DNA of 64,000 nucleotides from Myxococcales bacterium (GTDB lineage Bacteria; Myxococcota_A; Polyangia; JAAYKL01): NCBI GenBank assembly GCA_012522445.1, contig JAAYKL010000003.1, positions 4,711 to 68,710 of the forward strand, read 5' to 3'. Shown piece by piece: positions 58,067 to 64,000 of this stretch (position 1 is its first letter; each line of letters starts with the position of its first letter). The notes under the pieces were generated by a model. It saw only the letters and a program-made list of their open reading frames with translations, ran no database searches and was not told where the DNA came from. The position numbers and the translations under genes were made by a program.

Positions 58067-61000
58067 TTACCAGGTTCCCAGGCCAATGTCGCGGGGCGCG
58101 TGCGGTACATTTGTAAAGTAAATGTATACCTCACAATTGCCCAAGACCGGAACGGTTGTCCATCCATTGCCCGTAAACGTGACATTGGTTGTCGAACCGT
58201 CGCAGCGCCTGACCGTCCCCTGCAGGGCAGAGCCAGAGGAGTGCCAGCGGTTTTCGACCTGGAGATTGTAGGACCAGGATTGGTTCACCGAGAATTTGAC
58301 GCAACTGCCCACGCTGACGGGACCGCTGGAAGCGGAGTTGCCCGCATTGCACGGGAAGGCCGGCGGTCCGGCGCTGCACTTGTTGTCGGCGCCGCAGTTG
58401 GGTTTGGCGCTGGGGCAGTCGGCGTCGACGTTGCACTCCTTGCACACCTTGTTGACACACGCCGGCGTGGGGGACGCGCAATCGGCGTTGCTGCCGCAGC
58501 CCGTGCAGGTGCCCGATGAGCACGTGGGCCGGTTCGGTGGACAGCGGTTGCTGTCGTTACATTGCGAGCAGGTGCCGTTGTTGCAACGGGTCTTATTGTA
58601 CGCGGGATTGAGGCCGATGCATGTTGGGCTATAGGTCCACTCTCCCTCGTTGCACTCGCTGCACAGGTTGCCCACGCAGTAGGGGGTGTCGGGGGTCGAT
58701 GCGCACTGGCTATCGTTGTAGCAGCCGGTGCACACGTGGTTGACGCACTTGGGAAAGCCCGCGTTGCTGCATTCCGAGTCCTGGTTGCACGGTTGGCAGG
58801 TGCCGTTGTTGCAAATGGCGCGGTCCCCGCCGTAACGGTCGACGCAGTGCGCGTGGTTGTTGTTGCACTCGACGCACTGGTTGTTGAGGCAATATGGCGT
58901 ATCGCCGCCGCACTGAGCCGATGTGGCGCAACCCGAACAACCCGTGGCCGAACAGGTGGGATATTCGTTGACCGGACAGTGATGTGACCCGGTGCATTTC
59001 GTGCAGGTGCCGTTGCCACAGCGTGTTTTTTCGACGCCGTACTTGGCGTAGCACTGCGCGCTGAAGACCCAGTCATCCTCGGTGCATTCGGTGCACTGGT
59101 TGTTTTTGCAGTACGGGGTGTCGCCGCCGCACTGGGCATCGGAAGAACAGCCCCCGCAGGTCCCGCTGATGCACTTGGGATAGGGCGTGCTCGAACAGTG
59201 TGAATCGTAGAGGCAGGGTTGGCAGGTGCCGTTGTTGCACTGCGTTCGATCGACGCCGTACTTGTCGTAGCACTGGGCGTGGTTGCTGCACTCCTTGCAC
59301 ACTTTGTCGATGCAATGCGGCGTGTCTGGCGTGGCCGCGCACTGGGCATCGGAGGCGCACCCCCCGCAGGTGCCGCTCAAGCACTTGGGATAGGTGCTCT
59401 GGGGACACTCGGAGTCGTAGAGGCAGGGCGTACAAGTGCCGTTGTCGCAGCGCGATTTGTCCGCGCCGAATTGGGCGTAGCAGTGGTCGTGGCTGGTGCA
59501 CTCCTTGCATCGCTGGCTGCTGCAGTAGGGCGTGGTTCCGCCGCAGTCGGCATCGGATGCGCAGCCCGTGCAGGTGCCGGACTCGCAGAAGGGGTGGTTG
59601 GACGGGCAGTGGGGCGTGTAGTCGTAGACGCAGGGCTTGCAGGTGCCGCCGTCACACCAGGTCTTGGAGACGCCGTGCTGGGCATAGCAATCGGCGCTGC
59701 TGCTGCACTCTTGGCAGCGGTGGGTGCCGGTGTTGCAGAAGGGCGTGTCACCGTCGCAGTCGACGTCGGACGCGCAGCCCGTGCAGGTGCCCGCCTCGCA
59801 GATGGGGTGGTTGGACGGACAGTCCGAGTTGTCGAAGCAGGTGCCGCAGGTGCCGTTGTTGCAACTGGGCTTGGTGGGATCGGTGCAGTCCGCGTGCACC
59901 AGACACTGCTGGCAGGTTTCGTTGACACAGCGCGGGGTGTCGCCGCCGCAATGGGTGTCGCTGACGCACTCCTTGCACCGGCTGTCGCTGCCGCAGAAGG
60001 GGTACAGCGGATCGGTGCAGTCGACGTCGTCGCCGCAGCCCGTGCAGGTGCCCGCCTCGCAGATGGGGCTGTTGGCCGGGCAGTGCGAGTTGTGGGTGCA
60101 GGTGCCGCAGGTGCCGTTGTGGCAGTTGGGCTTGGTCGCACCGTAGAGGCTTTGACAGTCGCTGTGGTCGGCGCACTCACTGCAGGTGTTGCCGACGCAG
60201 AAGGGCGTGGTGCCGCCGCAGTCACCGTCGTTGACGCATTCGCGGCACACGTTGGCCACGCACGCCGGTGTGGGAGCGGCGCAGTCGCTGTCGTCGCCGC
60301 AGCCGGTGCAGACCCCCGCCGAACAGGTGGGGCGGTGGGACGGGCATTGCGTCGAGGCGTTACACGGCTTGCAGATGCCGGCGTCGCAGCGCGTTTGGGT
60401 GAGGCCGTAGAGCGACTGGCAATCGGTGTGGGTGGCGCACTCCGCGCAGTTGTTGTTGATGCAGAAGGGATAGGTGGGATCGGTGCAGTGACCGTCGCTC
60501 ACGCATTGCTTGCACCGGTTGTCGGTGCCGCAGTAGGGCGCCGTGGCGTCGCAGTCGGCGTCGGTTTCGCAGCCCGTGCACACCCCCGAAGTACAGAAGG
60601 GGTGGTTGCTGGGGCATTGCGAGTCATTGTTGCACGGTTTGCAGGTGCCGGCGTCGCAGCGCGATTTGGTGACGCCGAATGTGTCGAGGCAGTCGGTGTG
60701 GGCTGCGCACTCGCGGCAGGTGTAGGCCATGCAGAAGGGTGTCGCGCCATCGCAGTTTGTGTTGTCGCGGCACTCGCGGCACATACCGCTCACGCAGGCC
60801 GGTGCCGTGCCGCCAAACAGCGCGTCGCAGTCGGGGTCGGTGGCGCACTGACGGCACACGCCGCCCTGGCAAAACGGCTTGTTGCTGCCGTAAATGTTGG
60901 CGCACTCCTGGTTGGTGGTGCACTCTCCGGAGGCGCAATCGCCCGCGCCGATTTGCGGCTGTTCGCGGATGTAGAAGATGTCGGTGCCGCCGCAGACCTG

Positions 61001-64000
61001 CATACACTCCGCGATGCGCGCATCGCCCAAGTTGGGATCGAAGTACATGCTGAAGTGGATGCCCACAAAGGTGTCGCAATCCTCATAGGGCGCCGCAAAG
61101 GGGCCTTGGAGAACGCCGACGTTGTGGCCGCTGACCACCGGGGCTTCGATGGTGCCGACCTTGGTGCAGGTGGCGGTGGGGTCGGTGGATTTCGAGTAGA
61201 CGATGGAGTAGCGGTAGTAGAGCTTTGCGATGCAGTCCTGAAACTTGGAATCGCCTTGATCGCACTGGGCGCCGCCATTGGACCCGAGCAAGCCGCTCTG
61301 GCGCGTGCCGTTGCTCTCGAGGACGATGGAGGTCACCGTGCCGTCAGCCAGGCGGCCGGAGGGGTCGTACATCATGCGGCAGGACTCCATGTAGCTGTAG
61401 GCCCCGGAGTTGCTGCCCTGATCGCACAGGTTGTAGCTGATGTTGGATTGGAACGTGCCCACGCCCGGTACCGTGATGGTTTCGGTGGAGGGATCGCACT
61501 GGGTGCCGCCGCTGGGCGGGTAGTAGACCGCCACGTTGTAGGCGCCGCCCTTGAGGCTGCCCTTGGTCGGCGAGTAGTGGCCGTCCACCAGCAGGTAGTA
61601 GGGCGTGTTGTCGGGCAACGGGTTGATGAGCTCGGTGGGCGGCGTCGGGGTGAGAGAGGGCGTGCCATCGGCGCAGTGCGTGGTGCCCGCAGAGCCGTCG
61701 GAGGACGCGACGCGGTTGCCCATGCAGTCGAAGAGCGCCAGGCTCGGTGCAAACTCGGAGGGTTCGCCCAGGCACGCGCAGATGTAGCGCAGGTGGCCGG
61801 TCCAGGGATATTTCTCGGCGTTTTCGAGTGAGTACTCGCCGAGGCCCGAGTGGCCGTTGACCATCACGGTGGAGGTGGAGGGGTCGTAGTTGCACCCGGG
61901 TACCGTGCCCGTGCCCGTGACGATAATGTTGCCGGTCAGGCCCAGCTTGGCCATGACCTCGCCGCAGCGCACCATTTCGGAGGTGTCGCAATACGGACTG
62001 GTCCAGTGATTTTCGCTGCCGCAGTCCACCGAGCGCATGCCCGCCAGGTCGACGTTGGCGATGCCGCCGCACACTTCTTCGCAGGAGTTTTCCCAGGTTT
62101 GGGTGCCGGTTTGCTCGAAGGTGGACTTGGAGAGGTACCAGCAGCGGCCCTCGTGCTCGGCGCGGATGCGGCCGTCCAAGTCGGGACATTTTTCGCTGCA
62201 GGCGCACACGCGTCGTCGCTGGTTGTTTTTGTCGGTGGCCAGGGTGGTTTGCGTGCCTCGGGAGCGGTTGCCGCCGTTGTCGATGTAGCAGCCCGCCGCG
62301 TTGTCTTGGTTCGAGGGGGTTTGCGCTGACTGGCCCCACACCGGTGACGCGTTGAGGATCGCGCGGCACTCGTTGGTGGTGCCGTCGCTGCCCGCGATGA
62401 GGCGCGTGGCCTGGTTGTATATCAGGTCTTTGCTCGTGCACAGCTCGTCGCAGCTCTGATCGGAGTTGGACAGGTACCAGCAGTGGTCGCCGAAGACCTT
62501 GCCGCCGGATTGGCAGGTGGGCGGCACCTTGGCCAGGGCGCCGGACGTGCCACCGTAGTCGCACAGAGAGGCGTAAAATTGCGCCGCCGTGCTGGCGTCG
62601 AGGGTCCACAGCTCGTCGTAGCCGCCCCAGGCGCCGCTGTTGCTGCCGCTGTCTGTGGGGTCTTCGCCCATGCCTGCCGAGGGGTCGTAGTAGTTGCCGG
62701 GCTTGGTGTTGGTCGAGGTGTCGCCGCGCAGCAGCACGCCCTGGGCCGGGCCCAAGGAGCCGATGAGGACGCTCTCGTTGTAGCCGGAGAAGGCCACGCC
62801 GTTGATGGGCACCGCGCTGCCCACCTCGCTCAAGTCGCCCACGATGGTGCGCGCCGTGTAGGTGGCGCGGACATTGCCGTCGTAGGGATGCGCCCACTGG
62901 TGGGGCGGCAGACAGCCGTCGATGCCTTGGCGCTCTACCGAGACGACGAAGTTGCCCTCGCTGCCGTCGGAGCCGTCCACCACGATGTAGACATAGACCG
63001 TGCCGTCGTGGGCGGGGTTGGCGCGCATCTCGGCCTTGGCGTCCACCTCGGGCCAGTAGCGCCCGTCGACGGAGGTGCAGCCGCTGATGCAGGTTTCCTC
63101 TTGGGCTTCGTTCATGCCGTTGCTCACGCAGGGCAGGGACGGCACATCGCCCAGGGACGGACAGCCGCCCACCGGGGCCGCCACCGACTCGTAGAGATAA
63201 ACCGTGGCGTCGAAGGGATCCTCGGTTTCGACCTTGACGATGAAGCGCTGGTTGTCGGTGTTGTCGGCCTGGTAGCTGAACCAGTACACGACGTCGGCGC
63301 TCTTGGAGCCCATGGACACACCGGAGTTGAGCGGACCGTCCACGCAGTTGAGGCTGGAGGTCCAGTAGTCGTTGTTGGCGCACAGCGTGGTACCCGCGTG
63401 CGTATAGATGGCGTCGGTCGTGGTGAAGTCGCCCAGCTTGATGGCGCCGTCGCAGGTGTCGTTGTCGGGCGCATCGGGGGTGCCGGCGCACACACCGGCG
63501 GTGCACTCATCGTCGATGGTGCAGTCGTTGCCGTCATCGCAGGGCGTGCCGTCCGGTGCGTCCACGGCGATCCAGCCCAGGTCGACATCGCAGACGCGCA
63601 CTTCGCACTGGCCTCGATTGGAGGGATCGAGGTCGATCGATTCGCTGCCGGGTTGGCACACGCCGTCGCTGTCGCACTGATCGGGTTCGGTGCAGGCGTC
63701 GTTGTCGTCGCACAGGGTGCCCGCGCTGCGGTTCAGGGTTTCCCAGCCCGAAGAGGGCAGACAGTCGCGGTACTGGCACTGCGGGTCGTAGACCGGCGGG
63801 TTGAGGTCGGACACCGCACCGCCGGACTGGCACACGCCAAAGGCGTCGCATTCGTCGGGGTCGGTGCATGCGTTGCCGTCGTCGCAGGACGTGCCCACGG
63901 CCAAGGGGAGGTTGCCCCAGCCCGAGGCGGAATCACAGATGCGGTATTCGCACTGTCCGGCCTGCCACGGATAGGGATCGCTGGAGGGCGGTCCCTGGCA
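58067..64000 (-). CDS. Giant secreted cysteine-rich protein 2 (at least 1977 aa in the window; N-terminus beyond the window edge): EGF/CxDGNxCT-type repeats, a PPC-like beta-sandwich region, a roughly 900-aa array of CxxC-x5-C-x4-P-x-C modules, and a C-terminal roughly 100-aa domain
   Basis: The frame stays open from 63904 to 64000 and is still inside a repeat (CEYRICDSASGWGNLPLAVGTSCDDGNAC). Mid-region DVVYWFSYQADNTDNQRFIVKVETEDPFDATVYLYES...DGTVYVYIVVDGSDGSEGNFVVSVERQG is PPC-like. The array is (C[KRQ]EC.....C.....G.....C..GTC.PC....C......P.C..G.C.GC..D.DC......C)n. C-terminus ...RCDGSTTNVTFTGNGWTTVPVLGNCEVYIYFTNVPHAPRDIGLGTW. Confidence 0.7.
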   Translation of the reverse strand, partial: CQGPPSSDPYPWQAGQCEYRICDSASGWGNLPLAVGTSCDDGNACTDPDECDAFGVCQSGGAVSDLNPPVYDPQCQYRDCLPSSGWETLNRSAGTLCDDNDACTEPDQCDSDGVCQPGSESIDLDPSNRGQCEVRVCDVDLGWIAVDAPDGTPCDDGNDCTIDDECTAGVCAGTPDAPDNDTCDGAIKLGDFTTTDAIYTHAGTTLCANNDYWTSSLNCVDGPLNSGVSMGSKSADVVYWFSYQADNTDNQRFIVKVETEDPFDATVYLYESVAAPVGGCPSLGDVPSLPCVSNGMNEAQEETCISGCTSVDGRYWPEVDAKAEMRANPAHDGTVYVYIVVDGSDGSEGNFVVSVERQGIDGCLPPHQWAHPYDGNVRATYTARTIVGDLSEVGSAVPINGVAFSGYNESVLIGSLGPAQGVLLRGDTSTNTKPGNYYDPSAGMGEDPTDSGSNSGAWGGYDELWTLDASTAAQFYASLCDYGGTSGALAKVPPTCQSGGKVFGDHCWYLSNSDQSCDELCTSKDLIYNQATRLIAGSDGTTNECRAILNASPVWGQSAQTPSNQDNAAGCYIDNGGNRSRGTQTTLATDKNNQRRRVCACSEKCPDLDGRIRAEHEGRCWYLSKSTFEQTGTQTWENSCEEVCGGIANVDLAGMRSVDCGSENHWTSPYCDTSEMVRCGEVMAKLGLTGNIIVTGTGTVPGCNYDPSTSTVMVNGHSGLGEYSLENAEKYPWTGHLRYICACLGEPSEFAPSLALFDCMGNRVASSDGSAGTTHCADGTPSLTPTPPTELINPLPDNTPYYLLVDGHYSPTKGSLKGGAYNVAVYYPPSGGTQCDPSTETITVPGVGTFQSNISYNLCDQGSNSGAYSYMESCRMMYDPSGRLADGTVTSIVLESNGTRQSGLLGSNGGAQCDQGDSKFQDCIAKLYYRYSIVYSKSTDPTATCTKVGTIEAPVVSGHNVGVLQGPFAAPYEDCDTFVGIHFSMYFDPNLGDARIAECMQVCGGTDIFYIREQPQIGAGDCASGECTTNQECANIYGSNKPFCQGGVCRQCATDPDCDALFGGTAPACVSGMCRECRDNTNCDGATPFCMAYTCRECAAHTDCLDTFGVTKSRCDAGTCKPCNNDSQCPSNHPFCTSGVCTGCETDADCDATAPYCGTDNRCKQCVSDGHCTDPTYPFCINNNCAECATHTDCQSLYGLTQTRCDAGICKPCNASTQCPSHRPTCSAGVCTGCGDDSDCAAPTPACVANVCRECVNDGDCGGTTPFCVGNTCSECADHSDCQSLYGATKPNCHNGTCGTCTHNSHCPANSPICEAGTCTGCGDDVDCTDPLYPFCGSDSRCKECVSDTHCGGDTPRCVNETCQQCLVHADCTDPTKPSCNNGTCGTCFDNSDCPSNHPICEAGTCTGCASDVDCDGDTPFCNTGTHRCQECSSSADCYAQHGVSKTWCDGGTCKPCVYDYTPHCPSNHPFCESGTCTGCASDADCGGTTPYCSSQRCKECTSHDHCYAQFGADKSRCDNGTCTPCLYDSECPQSTYPKCLSGTCGGCASDAQCAATPDTPHCIDKVCKECSNHAQCYDKYGVDRTQCNNGTCQPCLYDSHCSSTPYPKCISGTCGGCSSDAQCGGDTPYCKNNQCTECTEDDWVFSAQCYAKYGVEKTRCGNGTCTKCTGSHHCPVNEYPTCSATGCSGCATSAQCGGDTPYCLNNQCVECNNNHAHCVDRYGGDRAICNNGTCQPCNQDSECSNAGFPKCVNHVCTGCYNDSQCASTPDTPYCVGNLCSECNEGEWTYSPTCIGLNPAYNKTRCNNGTCSQCNDSNRCPPNRPTCSSGTCTGCGSNADCASPTPACVNKVCKECNVDADCPSAKPNCGADNKCSAGPPAFPCNAGNSASSGPVSVGSCVKFSVNQSWSYNLQVENRWHSSGSALQGTVRRCDGSTTNVTFTGNGWTTVPVLGNCEVYIYFTNVPHAPRDIGLGTW
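58390..61090 (-). repeat. Coding tandem repeat array (about 70-bp sub-unit, about 285-bp super-unit) within giant protein 2. Boundaries approximate.
   Basis: Regular CxxC spacing in the translation. Opposite-strand ORFs 59219..61831 and others are repeat-driven artefacts. Confidence 0.55.

Noticed and set aside
59219-61831. 870-aa plus-strand ORF, plus many other 100-800-aa plus-strand ORFs between 53400 and 63700
   Set aside because: Antisense to the giant Cys-repeat genes. Gly/Ala/Val/Arg-rich translations are typical of the reverse strand of GC-rich repetitive coding DNA.

Overview
High-GC (about 68-70 %) chromosomal segment that is gene-dense on both strands and looks Myxococcales / deltaproteobacterial. 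The indicators are an MglA-family GTPase, a TamB plus giant Omp85 pair, a MopE-like CxDGxDDDCDG motif, Cys-rich giant lipoproteins and a C-terminal-Phe outer-membrane (OM) barrel.

Most of the window is housekeeping: ilvBH, tyrA, ligA, ppiB, coaE, hflX, nagZ, tRNA-Gly and a quinol-type NO reductase.

Accessory content is concentrated at four places:
- Positions 1-2180 form a low-GC (about 40-55 %) 5' island. It carries a 3'-truncated secreted beta-helix-like gene whose upstream region holds a (TTGTG)7 microsatellite.
- A tightly coupled block at 6411-12960 encodes a UT-family channel, two lipoproteins, a TonB-dependent receptor, and an ECF-type S/T/A transporter with an embedded SAM methyltransferase.
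- A minus-strand operon runs yqgE, then two paralogous small secreted proteins, then a Zn-dependent phospholipase C. Its tail convergently overlaps a neighbouring membrane-protein gene.
- A minus-strand locus from 50687 to beyond 64000 is the largest accessory locus in the window. Two giant cysteine-rich tandem-repeat proteins (1753 aa and more than 1945 aa, the latter truncated by the window edge) sit upstream of an OM beta-barrel gene with an acidic N-terminus. A degenerate 11-12-bp tandem repeat lies in the intergenic spacer.

No CRISPR arrays, IS elements or rRNA were seen.

All calls come from reading the six-frame translations and the DNA by eye. Family names are from remembered motifs, not database searches.
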